Below are positions 35,886-49,407 of a stretch of 64,000 bases of DNA, in pieces. The DNA comes from Gracilinanus agilis (Eukaryota). The stretch lies in the NCBI RefSeq assembly GCF_016433145.1, contig NC_058133.1:249319735-249383734 (forward strand), written 5' to 3'. How positions within the stretch are numbered: the first letter of the stretch is position 1; the number at the start of each line of letters is the position of its first letter. Under the pieces are notes generated by a model. It did no database searches and was not told the origin of the DNA. It saw only the letters and a program-made list of their open reading frames with translations. The translations under genes and the position numbers were made by a program.

Positions 35886-36067
35886 GGACGGGCCTGTATA
35901 GGGGAGGCGAGAAAAAAAGAAAGGGTTTGTGGTAGGGTGATGCATTCCCCCACGCCTGCCCCCCTTCCTCCACCAGCGTCCTTAGTCATGAGGGTGGGAG
36001 GAGGTGTTCGGGGGGGGGGGGGGCACATGTTCTATCCTATTCAGGACTATCTCTGTTCTTTCCTTAC

Positions 36068-36400
36068 CTAGTTCTTTGGTTTCGGGGCCCTTTAAGGTCT
36101 GGCCCCGCCCCCGACCGCGCCACCCAATGGGCGCCTTGGGGTTGCCCCCTCGTGTTCTGCTGAACGAAACTTAACTGCCTAAAAGATGGAGGAGATGGCG
36201 GGGTCAAATAGCTTGAGCAGCCCAACGACCAATGGGAGGGAAAAGCGGGTCGTCGGTTTTGTGACGTATACGGCAGGCCCCTGGGCTTGCTGCTCATTGC
36301 CTGACCCTTGTATCTTCTTTAAGAGGCCGTACCGCTGAGCTGGGGCGGGTAAGCCTGAGAAAAGTTAGGAAGCGGTTAGACGGGATGCATCCCGGGGTTC
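36068..36400 (-). promoter_or_regulatory. CpG-rich RANGRF promoter and non-coding exon 1
   Basis: GC boxes (~36102, ~36341), CCAAT (~36123, ~36229), CRE-like TGACGTA ~36262, and donor AG|GTAAGG at 36068/36067. Confidence 0.7.
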
Positions 36401-38429
36401 GCTGTTTGTTCTCCAGTTGGTTGAGTAGTGGACACTGGTTCCCCTCTCCCTCAATCCTCTCCTCCTGGGTGGAAATATATATAATTTTATCAATTAATCT
36501 CCTGGGTTTAGCGGTGGGATTAAGAAAACAATGGAACCAGGTGCCTGCCCCATCCAACACCAAACACACACACACACCCCTTCCTAGTTCCTGGAACCTC
36601 GACCTTGTAAGTACTTGGATAACCTAATTAATGCTCCCAAGCTCCTTTCCGATGTACGCGGTAGGGAGGGTGGGAAGGTGCAGATCCGGGCTGCAGGACT
36701 GCATTTCTTGGACTTGGGATCAGGAACACCCAGAATCCCAAGAATTGGGACCTAAAATTTAGAAGATCGTCTAGTCTCACCCCAATTTGAAAGGAAAGAG
36801 TCTCTTCTACATTACTGATCTTTTCTAGCTTGAAACCATGAGCACTAATGCTCAATTTGGAGTCAAAAGAGACCTGAGTTTTAATTCTTGGTTTCCCACG
36901 TAGATGGGGTGGGATTCAAAAGTTATAGCTACAAAGCAGTCATCTTATTATGAAATTTCCAATTTTCTACCATCGGTGTAAATAACCTTGAGTTAACTTA
37001 GACCTGAGAGTTTTTTCATGGATAAATTTCTGAGGATTCCCTTTTTCTTAAATCAATGATGATTTAAATCAATTTAAATTTAAAGATGATAATCTTTGTA
37101 CCACTGGAATTTGTAGCCAAGACACAGGTCAAACTGCATCCCCTGCCATTAACCATTTGTGTGACAGGACTCTTCATTTTCCTTCTCTATGAGATGAAGG
37201 GATAGAATTTTAGGATCACATTCCATCCACCTTCCTCATTTTACAGATGAGGAAATTAAGGCTGAATATTAAATAACATGCCCAGGGTGACATAGCTAGT
37301 GTTAGAGCTGGCATTTGCCACCCAGGTCTTCTTGATTACAAGTCTAGCACTTTTTCCACTCCCTTGCACTCAAAAATCCTAGATTCTAAGATAATTAGGA
37401 AATTTTTCCTTATATGAAACTAAAAATCTGCCTTTCTTCAACTTCAACTTGCTCTTCCTAGATTTTAAACTGTTTCAATATAATTATATTTAAGTATATA
37501 TGTCTATTTCCCCCTCTGTTTAGGGTGTTTTAATTGAGACAGGAATTACATAACAACCTCCTGCATCTGCTTCTCTCCCCAAAATACTTCTCCGATTCTC
37601 ACATTAGGGAAATATCCAAGACCTAATCTTCCTCTGCCCAAGAGATGGCTTCCCCTTCTCTGACTCTTAATTTCATGACTTCCCTAATTTTCTATCTCTT
37701 CTTGAGGCCAGAAGTGTCCTGCTTCTGAGTCAGAATTGGAATAAAATATTTGTGTGCATAACTGGAGACCAGATATGAAAACTGTACCACCTTCCTTCTA
37801 CCAGGGTCTCTTCCCCCCAATTCATTCCCGTCCCTAGAGGTTGTGAGGGTTAACTATAATCCATGTAGGTATCCCAAAATAACTATGAGATGTAAATCTG
37901 AGGAAATATCATGATAATGAGGTGGCCTTTAAAGGCTATGCCAATGAAGCATAAAACTTGGCTTCCTGTTGGCCCAACAGTGAATTTTCATGGGCCATCA
38001 GGATGAATTTTTTTGTTTATAGTGAATTGTGATACTAATTAAAGCATGAGAGGAGTACCCATGATGGGAATCCTTGAAGTATTTTTTAAATGCACTGTAA
38101 AATACCTTATTAAGAAGTATCAGGGGCAGGTAGGTAGCTCAGTGGATTGAGAGCCAGGTCTAAAGACAAGGAGGTCCTGGGTTCCAATCTGGCCTCAGAC
38201 ACTGCCTAGTTGTGTGACCCAGGACAAGTCACTTAACCCCAGTTGCCTAGCCCTTACAACTTTTTTTTAACATACACCCCTTACATGTAAAAACAGTTTC
38301 CAGTATTTTCAAAAAATACCAAGTCTTGAATTCTCTCCCTCCTAACCTCCCATCCACCTTGAGATGGTAAGCAATCTCATATAGATTTTTATATGTGCAG
38401 TCATATAAAACATTTTCCCCCTATTAATT

Positions 38430-39090
38430 CTTTTATGGAAGGAAACTGAAATAGAAAAAAAATGTTAAGTGAAAAAAGTTTACTTTGGTCTGGATTCAGA
38501 CTTGGTTATTTTTCGTTAGAAACAATTCAAATATTATACATCTTGTGTTATCCTGACTGTGGATGTATAATATTTGAATTGTTTCTTTTTGGCAACTTAT
38601 AATATTTTCTCCTTGACCTGGAGTTCTGGAATTTGGCTATAATATTCCTGGGATTTATCCTTTTGGGATTCTTTTGGTTTCTATCTTGTCCCCTGATTCT
38701 AGAATATTAGGGCAGTTTTCCATGATGATTTCTTGAAAGATGATGTCTACACTCTTGTTTTGATCTTGGCTTTTAAATAGTCCAATCATTTTTAAATTAT
38801 CTCTCCTGGATTTATTTTCAGTATCAGTTGTTTTTGCCATGAGATGTCACATTTTCTTCTATTTTTTTCTTTAATTTTACTGTTTGATTATTCCTTGATA
38901 TTTTTGGAGTCATTAGTTTCCTCTTGCTCAATTCAGATTTTTATGATATAATTTTCTTGAGTGAGCTTTTGTACCTCCTTTTCCATTTGGCCAATTCTAC
39001 TTTATAAAGAATTCTTTTTCTTAGGGAATTTGTGTATCTCTTTTTCCAAAGAGCCAATTCTGTTTTTATTTTTTTTGAAATATTTAGTTT
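38430..39090 (-). mobile_element. Old LINE-1 ORF1 fragment
   Basis: ENKSRRDNLKMIGL...IFQEIIMENCPNILE, the L1 ORF1p RRM-region motif. Confidence 0.75.
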
Positions 39091-39224
39091 GGGATATTTT
39101 TCCATGGTTACATGATTCATATTCTTTCCCTCCCTTCTTCTCTCCCCCTCCCGTAACCAATGAGTGATTCAACTTGGTTTTACATATATTTCCGTATTAT
39201 ATTTGCAATAGTGATCATTTAGAG

Positions 39225-39407
39225 CAGTGGTTCCCAAACTTTTTTGGCCTACCACTCCCTTTCCAGAAAAAATATTACTTGGCCCCCTGGAAATTAATTT
39301 TTAAAAATTTTAATAGCAATTAATAGGAAAGATAAATGCACCTGTGGCCATCACTGCCTCCCTGGATCGCTGCAGCCCCCACCAGGCTCCCACTTTGGGA
39401 ATCATTG
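39225..39407. mobile_element. Non-autonomous hAT (Charlie group) MITE, 183 bp
   Basis: Imperfect TIRs cagtggttcccaaa / tttgggaatcattg. Perfect 8-bp TSD atttagag at 39217-39224 and 39408-39415, with central TA. Confidence 0.88.
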
Positions 39408-40044
39408 ATTTAGAGTCTGCATCCCCATTCATGTCCCCATCAAACCATGTGATCAAGGAGGTATTTTTCTTCTGTTTCTACTCCCACAGTTCTTTCTCTG
39501 GGTGTGAATAGCATTCTTTCTCATAAGTCCCTCAGAATTGTCTAGTATTGTTGAAAGCAATAGAGAGAAACATGGTCTGTCAGTATAATCTGTGAGTCCC
39601 ATCAGATCCAGCTGTAATTTACAAGATCTCTGTAGGCAATGGTTGTAACCCCTCTCTGTGACTCCTCTCATTAATAAAACTTTTTGCTGAATAATAAATC
39701 ACTTCAATATAAAAGAAAATGGTGAGATGTTGAGAGCCATTAAGACTCCTCTTTTGACCCCTTTTATGATCCACACCTTTTCTTATTGAAAAATAGTATA
39801 GCCTTCTAGGAAAACTCTGTTCTTAGTAAACCAGCACTTATGAGTTAATGTCCTTTTTTCACTCAGCAGAGTAAAGCTGCAGCTGTGGGTATAGCTCTCT
39901 AACTGCTCTAGGCATCCCAAGGTCATGGAGTGGCAAGCTCAGGCAAAATAACTTTTAGATAAAGTGAGGCTCATTTTTAGCCTTGAGACTTTTTCTCATC
40001 CTGCATTATCTTCATAAGAAAATTCTTTGTAAAACTATAGCTTT

Positions 40045-40268
40045 ATTTGCACTTTGATATGACATAATTTGTGTTTCTGCGAAAATGCAAAGTTTTGGGG
40101 TGGGGGGGAGATTCTTTTGTGTGAAATGAGTCTTGAAATATATATATAATAAACTCCATGCTCCTGAAGACAGAGTTGGAAGCATGAGCTAAAAGATCTC
40201 AGTGTCCCTTGCTTCCTTATCAACTAAGCCGTCTTTATCAGATTATCTGGAAATGATAAATAGATCTC
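40045..40268 (-). repeat. Dispersed repeat, inverted homologue of 63308-63535 (family not recognised)
   Basis: Shared text includes caggagcatggagtttattatata...caagactcatttcacacaaaag and acaaattatgtcatatcaaa. Confidence 0.8.
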
Positions 40269-40650
40269 AGACTGTATCATTCCAATTCTGACTTTTTAAA
40301 AAATGCATTTTTTATTATCTTTTTCCACTTGGCCAACTCTGCTTTTTAAGAATTTCTTCTCTTTTTTGGATTTTTGTGCCTTTTACCAATTGGCCTTTTT
40401 CATTTTTTAAGGTATTCTTCAGTATTTTTTTGTGCCTCCTTTTGGTAAAATTTTTTTCATGATTTTTCTGTATCATTTGCTTTCCCAAAAATTTATTTGA
40501 TTTTTAAAAACCTTTTAAAACTTTTAAAAACTCCTCCATTAATTCTTTTTGGACTTGGGAGCAATTCATATTTTTCTTGGAGGCTTTGGATACAGCAGTA
40601 TTGACTTTGTTTTCTTCCAAGTTTGAGTCTAAACTATCACAATTAACTTT

Positions 40651-40843
40651 TTTTTTTTTAATTTTTTTTTAAACCCTTAACTTGTGTATTGGTTCCTTGG
40701 TGGAAGAGTGGTAAGGGTGGGCAATGGGGGTCAAGTGACTTGCCCAGGGTCACACAGCTGGGAAGTGTCTGAGGCCAGATTTGAACCTAGGACCTCCCTT
40801 CTCTAGGCCTGACTCTCAATCCACTGGGCTACCCAGCTGCCCC
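40651..40843 (-). mobile_element. Young SINE1_Mdo-like SINE
   Basis: TSD ctatcacaat(t)aacttt at 40634-40650 and 40844-40859. Confidence 0.9.
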
Positions 40844-41025
40844 CTATCACAATAACTTTTGATGAATTTATTTTTTTGTTTGCTTGTTTTCTTGCCTTTT
40901 TCTCTTAGTTTAAAAAACTGCTTTGTAACTGTGGGTGAAGGGTTCAAAGCTTCAGGTCCTTTGTGTAGCTGCTATCAGCTACACAATCTATCTGTTCTTG
41001 GTTCTTAAAAATTGGTATGATGTCA

Positions 41026-41416
41026 CTCTATACACAGAGACTGACATTCTGTGGTAAAATCGAATGTAATGGACCTCTGAACCAGCAGCAATGCAATGAC
41101 CCAGGACAATTCTGAGGGATTTATGGTAAAGACGCTGCCCACATTCAGAGGAGGGACTGCAGGAGAGGAAACATATAGGAAAAACAACTGCTTGAACGCA
41201 TGGGTTGGGGTGGACATGATTGGGGATGTGGACTCAAAACTACCACACCAATGCAACTACCAACAATTTGGAAATTGGTCTCGATCAAGGACACATGACA
41301 AAACTAGTGGAAATGCGCATGGGTAGAGGGGGGTGCGGGGGGGGGGGGGTTGAAGGGGAAAGGAGGAGCATGAATCATGTAACCATGTTAAAAATGAATA
41401 TTAATAAATGTAAAAA
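41026..41416 (+). mobile_element. Young 5'-truncated LINE-1 (3' UTR only)
   Basis: Similar to 10270-10660. Perfect 19-bp TSD aaaaattggtatgatgtca at 41007-41025 and 41417-41435. Confidence 0.92.
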
Positions 41417-44400
41417 AAAAATTGGTATGATGTCAGAAGAGGAGTGTTTAATACTCTCCAGGCCTGGGCTCTAGTCTATGAGTAACTTCAAGCACTCTTT
41501 TACCTCTTGGAACTGGCCACAAGTGCTGAGACAGTGGCCCCAGTACTGCTTCCTGGATCTAAGTATGGACAATGCAAGTCTTGTACTGAGAGCTAGCAAA
41601 GGGACCCTTGTTATTCCTTTCTGAGCAGTTGTCAGGGTGAGCCCTCCCCACTCCCCACCCCCACCTCCCCACCTTATTGTTTCTGTCTGAGAGCTCTGGA
41701 AATCTTTGCTGCTGCTTCAGCTGAGCCCAGGGCCCAGTGCTGCAGTGGGGCCTGCCCTTGTGCACTGCTTTGAGCTCTACCTCCTCCCCAGTGCACTAGA
41801 TCCCTCTTGCTGGCCTTCTAAGTTGTTTTGGGCTGAAAAATTACTTCACCTTTTCTATTTGCGGGGTATGCTGCTCCAGAATTGGTTTTGAGGCATTATA
41901 TCATTGCTTTTTAAGAGGGTAAAATCAGATGGGACCCTGTACCTTCTCCACCATCTAATCCCACCTCACCCCCTTCCTCTTTACTACTCCTCTGGCTTGG
42001 AACCCATACACAGTAATGATTCTAAGATGGAAGGTAAGGGCTTTAAAAAAATGACCTGCTCCCTGCAGATTTACTTCTAGGTTGCCTACTTACTTTGCCT
42101 ATCTATCCCTGCTGGCTCAGAAATGTAGGATTAGTGGTAGGTAATGGGTATCACTGTCTCCTCCTCCCCTGTCTTGACTTTTTACCCATTTTCCTAGCAT
42201 GAGGAAAGAGTAGAGGCCTCCCCCAGAGTGCCTCTGCCATGGACCAGTTAGCTCTAGTCCTAGCTAGAATTCTTTGGAAATAGCTTGATAAAATTAGAAC
42301 TGTGAAGCAAATGCAGATGTTGATTTTCTGGACTGAAGGGCTTGAGGGTGGAGAAAAGAGAGCTTGGGCCCATGTCCTAGTCTCTCTCATTAGCTTCTAA
42401 TCTCTGGAATCTAACTATGGGGCAGAAAGAAGGAAGAACGAAGGGTCCAGACAATCAGGCAGATGAAACTGGAAAGGGGAGGATGAAAAAGGTAGTTCCT
42501 CCCAAACTCACTCCCCCACAGTCTAGCACTTGGGGATGGGAGTCAGTTCCATGGATTGCAATCTGAGGATAGTCAGTTATTATCAAATCAACAAGTGTAA
42601 AATCATCCTTTATCTAATGCCTACAACAATGTTCTGTGAACTGTGCAAGGTGCTGTAGGGTAATGCAAAATCAATTTTAAAAATTGTTTCTTATGCTTAG
42701 AAGAAACAGCCAATCTACCTAATGAGACAAGATGCTCATCAATTCAGTGTAGCACTAAAGCCTATCTCAGGTCTGGGAATAGTACTCACCGATAATATTC
42801 GTCCAAAGGAAAAGTGACAAGAAAACACATCTGCAATGCATATGTAGGATGGATAGACTCTCCCACACACCATCAGTGGAATACAGAATTCATGAATAGA
42901 TACCAGGTATGTAATGAACACATATATAGGAACATGTGGGGGATGGCATGTGTGGTTATGCGGCCATGGCTGGGGCTTTGCAAGTCTGCCAAAATCCAGT
43001 GGTGATGTCATCACACTCATTTAGATCATGTAGGAAATAGGATGTAGAACAAAGATGACAAACTTTTTAGCCTAATGGTGACAAAGATAGAGCTAGAACT
43101 TGCCCTACTTAGTGAACTGAAAAAAAAAAAAAAAACTTGTCTTGTGGGGAGGGCCACAGAAGGAAACAAAAGGCATCTTCCTAACTGTGCTCTGTGCCTC
43201 TAAACTGTACGTGGTTTGGAGGATGGCTAAACCCTTACACATATCTTTGCTAAAGTAAGTTTTTCCTATTCAAGTTTATTCAGCAAGCCTGCTGAGGAGG
43301 AACAATGGGAGCATTTATTACTTGAGAAGAGCTATTTTCTCCAGTTGGAGAATTATGCATACATACCCCTTCCCCATAACCAGTTCTTAGATGGTGAAAG
43401 AAATGACAGTCATAACAGTCAGATTGGGAAATCCAATATTAAAGGGGGAGAAAAATGGAAAATGACTACTATGTGATCATAATGACTGGGATGGGATCAC
43501 TAGTAAAGAGACCATGAGAGACAGAGATGATGGTATAGTGTAGGAAGGCATTTGAGAGATACAAGATGAGGGAGTGGGCAGAAGAGGATCTCTCAGCAAA
43601 TGGCCTCAATTTTTTTCAATGTAATTTTGAGGCTAGGTTTTCAGCTGAAAGGGTGGTGGGCCATGGTAAATTTGAAGGAGGAATAAAAAGATATAAAAGA
43701 GTTGTTATGATAAAGGGGGAAAGTAAGATAATTAGGATTGCTTAGCAGTAATGAGGTCCCAGTTGAGATTATGTGACAAATTTGTAATGGACCCAGTCAT
43801 CAAGGTTGTGATTTTTTCCAGTTTCATTCTGAAGCTTGTGAGTAGGAGGGAAGACACTTCAAATAAACAAGCAAAAACCTTATTTCCTGCCTTAGAAGTA
43901 TTCTTTGATACAAAGTATCAATTCCAAGGCAGAAGAGTGCTAAGGGATAGATAGGCAACATGGATTAAGTGATTTGCCCAGGATCACACAGGAAGTATCT
44001 GAGGTCATATTTGAACCTGGGACCTGCTATCTCTAGACCTGGCTCTCAGTCCATTTGAGCCACCTAGCTACTTCCTATTTATCAAGAAGGAGGGGGAAAG
44101 AGAGGAGAAAGTAAAAGAGAATAGTTCACAATAATAACTGTGAATGTGAAGAAGTCACCCCGTAGAATGGATTAGAAAAGTAGAATCCCACCGTCTGACG
44201 GGATTCTATAGGATATAGGCCATATCTATAGGATAAAAGCATATTTACAGTTAAAATGGAGATGGAGCAAAATCCATTATGCTTCAACTGAACAAAACAA
44301 TGTTACAATAAATATAAATGTAACACTGACTAACTCCCACTTCCTGAAGTCTAAATTCATGAGATTTCACTTTTCTCCCAGAGTTCTGTGGGACTCTTGA

Positions 44401-44532
44401 AGAGAATTTAAGATCTCCTAATTCAAGTTCTCTTGCCATTAGCTCCAGCTTCCAACAGTGGTTTTCTCTTAAGAGTAGAAGGGTTCCCCTACACTCCAGT
44501 TCCATTTAACCGATGATAGTCATATTAGCTTT

Positions 44533-44724
44533 TTTTTTTTTTTTTTTTTTACCCTTGTACTTCGGTGTATTGTCTCATAGGTGGAAGATTGGTAAGGGTG
44601 GGCAATGGGGGTCAAGTGACTTGCCCAGGGTCACACAGCTGGGAAGTGGCTGAGGCCGGGTTTGAACCTAGGACCTCCTATCTCTAGGCCTGACTCTCAC
44701 TCCACTGAGCTACCCAGCTGCCCC
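44533..44724 (-). mobile_element. Young SINE1_Mdo-like SINE
   Basis: Perfect 15-bp TSD agtcatattagcttt at 44518-44532 and 44725-44739. Confidence 0.93.
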
Positions 44725-47699
44725 AGTCATATTAGCTTTGACAAAGAAATATTTACATCAGAAAATATAATAGCACAAATTTATTTCCCCAGCTCATGGG
44801 AGTCAATGCTCCACCTCCCTTATACTACTTCATTTTCTGGGCAAGTGAAAATTAGGTTCATAATAACTCAGTTCCTATAGAGCTCAGCCCATTTGAAATC
44901 CCTTCTCTTCTTTTCCTTCCCTTCCCTTCCTCTCCTCCCAAGGGGAGCCAGAAACTCTGGCTTTTCCATACACCCATGCTGACTCACCATAAATCTTCAG
45001 CCTCAAGGTCACCATGGCTCAAATTTCTCAGTACAGTGGAGGTCACCTCTAGAGCCTGAAACAGGACAAACAACATAGCAGAAACAAGTTCCCCTATGCT
45101 CATTTCCGAGAATTAGGGTGAATAAGTAAAAGGAATACTGGCTATAATTATTTATTGGATTTGCTTAAGTCTTCATTCCTCCCCTCCCCCCCTTCTTAAC
45201 AATAATATTCCTTTGTGACTATAAGCTAAGCTTGAGAAAGGGGGACCACCAATTGATTGCTGACAGGACTGTTCCAACTGAACCTGGAATAGCCATAATT
45301 ACTTTTCTTATTTCTATTATGAGCAACCAGATGTTCCAGATAAAATTACAGCTATAATAGCACTATCCTCCCAAGACCCTAAACCCAAGTCAAGAATTTG
45401 CTGTGGCACCCCTTCCCCTGGGCTGTGGTGTTTTTCCTTTTTACTTCCTAATTTTGAAGCAATAAAAGGACAGCTAATTCCTGTATCCAATGGGCTTCTC
45501 TCCTGGGGAGGAGTTCCTGCATTCATGCTGCTGAGAACATAGTTAACATGCCCTTTGCCTCTACCTCTATTTCTGCTCTTTCTCACTCAGTTGGACCTCC
45601 TATGTGTGGGGCCAGATACCCAGGAAGGTAGTGGGTTCATAAAGGTAAAAGAAAGGGAGCAGGAAAAGTCATTCTCCTTTCATCAGTTCAGTTCATGACC
45701 CTCATGTTGTGAATAAATTGTGATTTTTCACACTTTAGATGCAGAAAAGCACCACTGAAAGGTAGGAAAGAGTAATCCTTACTCTCGAGTTTTAGCTACA
45801 AGAAGCCAATCAGAAGATACCTCCATCGTTGTGATAGGGAATAAAGGGCCTTCACTGGAAATAGGTATTCCCAGACCAATCCTGGTTACATAGATAAGAC
45901 TATACTATAGATAGAGAGAAAAGAAAAAGTACTTTCCTCCTTACTTTTGGAGAGGTGAGACTGAGTATAGGCCATTGTAAATACTATCAATCCTGACAGA
46001 TGGCTTAGTTTGGCTTAACCACTTTTGTCCCTCTTTCTGTTTACTGGTTGAAGTTATAGATAGCATATTACAGGATTTGGGCTTGTAATCCACCCTGCTA
46101 TCTGCTTCAGTTTAGGGATTTTATGACTAAAGAAACACATTTAAATCAGGGAAACACAGTAAAGGTAAAGGGCTAGAACAGAATCTACTATGCTTCAGCA
46201 AAAATTATAAATTATAAATCTTAAGACTGATTGTAATGGAATACTATTGTGCCATAAAAATGGCAAACAAGATGATCACAAAATAAATAATAACAGCAAT
46301 AACGGAACAATGATCAACTGAACGGTTAACTTCTCAGCAATGCAAGGATCCAGGCCAACTCCAAGAGACCTATGATGAAAAAGGCTATTCACTGCTATAG
46401 AAGAAAATGAGGAAGTCTGAATACAGATTAGAGCATGCCATTCTTCACTTTATTTCTTCCATGAATTTTTCTCTAATGTAAGCAATGTGTCTTTCACAAC
46501 ATGATGAAATGTGGAAATATGTATCATATAATAACAATATATTACCTTCTTAGGGAAGGGATGGGAGAGAGAACATGGGTCTAAAAATGATACCAACCCG
46601 CAATCTGGGGGGAAAAAAAGCAAAACAGAATGTCTGAATTGACTGAATAGATCTTATTTAATTGGCAGAGTACCCCTGGATACAGAGAGCTGAACTTGAT
46701 AAAGATTTTAAGAACTCACTCCCCAGCCTCAGGTTGAACCACTCCTTTCCTGTGTTTCAGTGGAAGTCCCACCTCCCAGATAATATGTCTGCCTTGATTA
46801 AAGACCCTTATGATTACTATATTGATCTGCACTTTTTCAAGTCAATATTCAAGAGATATCTGATGCCTTGCAGAGGTAAAAGGATTTATCTGGAAATGAA
46901 ACAACAAAAGATGTCATTAAAGAAATCTTGATTAAGCATTTGCTGTATTAAAATTATTCAAAGACAAAAATGAGTCACTGCTGTCGAGATATATATCCTA
47001 CAGGTAGAAAAATAACTCACTGTTCAAAATGAATTGCATGGATTCTCTGAATTAAAAATCTAGCAACTTTCAAGTTAATACTCTCACTCTTTTAGGATGG
47101 TGAGGGCTTGGTAAAATGAGTGTTGTATATTGAATTAGTATCCAAGTCATTTAGCCTCCCTCGGTCTCTTCAGTTTTCTCAGCTGTAAAATGTTTTACTG
47201 GACTAAATAAGCCTCATTAGCCCTAAATTGATGCTCTTACAAGTCTGAGAGGAGGGGATCCTGATGAAAACAAGCTGTTTCTGAGGTCAGGCAGATCCCT
47301 AGTTCTCCTCAGGTCCTGGTGAAATGCCTCATTCAGAAACTCAAAACTCATAGTAGAGTTGCAGTAAGGAGGCAGCTGAGTGGCTCGGTGGATTGAGAGC
47401 CAAGGCCAGGTTCAAATCTGACCACTTCTTAGCTGTATGACTCTGGGCAAGTCACTTAACACCCCCTCCCCGCCATTGACTAGTCCTTACCCACTCTTCT
47501 TCCTTGGAATCAATACATATTATTAATTTTAAGATGGAAGAAGGGTTGTTTTTTTTTTTTAAATAAAGTTCCAATAAATTGTGACACATTAGACATGTTT
47601 CCTTTGCCTAACCCTTCCCTCCTCCTTGGACATCCTGTGTCTTGATGTACAACCTAGGAACACCATACTCACTTTATAAACATCCTCAGGAAAAGAGTA

Positions 47700-48260
47700 C
47701 ATGGTACCCCAAAGAGATAAGGAAAAATACTTGTACAAAAATATTCATAGCTGCATTCTTTGTGGTGGCAAAAAAATTGGAAAATGAAGAGTTGTCCCAC
47801 GATTGAGGAATGCCTGAACAAATTATGGTATATGATGGTGATGGAATACTGTTGTGCTGTAAGGAATGATCTGAAGGATTTCTATATGAAGTGGGAGAAC
47901 TTTAGTGAACTGATGCAGAGTGAAATGAGCAGAACCAGAACATTGCGCATATAAAGTAAAACATTGTGGAACAATCCAATGTAATGGACTTTGCTACTAG
48001 TTACCAGGACATTCTTGAAGGACTTATGGGAAAGAATGCTATCCACATTGAAATGAGTGAGAAGTATGGGAATAGAAATGCAAAAGCAAAACATATGACA
48101 TCATTTATCACATGTATATATGGGTATGTGATCTGGGGTTTAGGCCATGGAAAAGTTATCAAGTGGTAACATTTGTATAACCCAGTGGAATTGCTTGTCA
48201 GCTCAGGGAGGGGGGGAAGGAAGAAGGGAGAGAAAGCAAGATCATGTAATTTAAAAAAGA
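47700..48260 (+). mobile_element. Older LINE-1 3' fragment
   Basis: WQKNWKMKSCPTIEECLNKLWYMMVMEYCCA, followed by L1 3' UTR-like text. Confidence 0.8.
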
Positions 48261-49407
48261 AAGAAAAAAGAATATATGGTGATTCTTAATTGGTCTTCAT
48301 TTTCACTCTCCAGGGAGCTAGGTGGTGCAGTGGATTTTGTCAGACTCACCCTTTTGAGTCTGAATCTGGCCTCACAGTTCCTGCCTATTGTGTAGAACAG
48401 CAAACTAGTTACTATGTATATTTAGGCTTATGTATGAAGTACGAATGTGAAAGAAAAGAACAAAATAAATGTTTTATTCACAATCAAGAGAACAAACAGC
48501 TAAGTGCATTCTAAGAAGTTTAAAAGCAGTGATCTTTGTTTCAAAAACACTATTGTTCGTTGCATGTACTGGAAAAACAACAACCATTTTTATGTTCTTT
48601 AAAATAAAACATTTTGTTTACTGTCTCTACAATTAATCTGAAAAAAAAAATCTGGTCTTAGTCACTAACTGTAACCCTGAGCAAGTCACTTAATGCCTAT
48701 TTGCCTCAGTTTCCTTATCTGTAAAGCTCAGGACTTAAAAACAGCAACTTTCTAGTCTCTCTGCCATCTATTCAGATATGCTGGATCTAGATTTGATGTT
48801 ATAAAAACATCCTTTTTGGGTGCATCTTCCCTTTTATCTTTTTTTTCTCCCCTGTCTAGATAATCAAAGGGTTGAGAGTAATTACATAATGGAAAATGGC
48901 AATATAGCCAACTGTTCTGAGCAGTTTTAAAAAGACTGACCAGAATGGAGAAATTGGTGGCCCAAGAAAGACTACTGAGCAGGTACCACCTAGTGGGGCT
49001 GAAGCTCAGCCAGAAACAGAGAAGCTGTGACAACATAACTATTGGAGCTGCTTGGCATTTCCTCAAACTCTCAAATTCCATTTTATATATGTAAAACACC
49101 TATAATAATCTATTAAATAGCTGGAGGAGGGGGGAGAGAGAATTTGGAACTCATATTTTAAAAAAAAATAATTTTTTTCCTAGCTGTGTGACCCTGGGCA
49201 AATCACTTAACCCCCAATGTCTAGCCCTTACTGCTCTTCTGCCTTAGAACCAATACACAGTATTAATTCTAAGACAGAAGATAAGGGTTTAAAAAAAAAA
49301 AAAAAAAAAAAAAAAGGAATGTTGTGAATTTTTTCACATGTAATTGGTTAGAAAAAAGGAAAGAAAATAAGAGCAAGCCAAAAGGTGTCTTATTCTTTCT
49401 TCTATCC

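Noticed and set aside
42780-43020. Minus-strand TGFWQTC (claudin/PMP22-like GLWxxC) near a strong donor TCG|GTGAGT
   Set aside because: An in-frame stop follows a few codons later, there is no convincing acceptor, and there are no partner exons.
44180-44250. Two adjacent quasi-palindromes (tagaatcc…ggattcta; ctataggatat…atatctatag)
   Set aside because: Short and imperfect, and embedded in a decayed L1 endonuclease fragment. Probably template-switch mutations or chance.
45317-45586. Minus-strand ORF containing PLDTGISCPFI, reminiscent of a retroviral/Gypsy aspartic protease motif
   Set aside because: A single short motif, with no flanking gag or RT similarity that I could recognise. An HMM search (RVP/gag-asp_proteas) would be needed.
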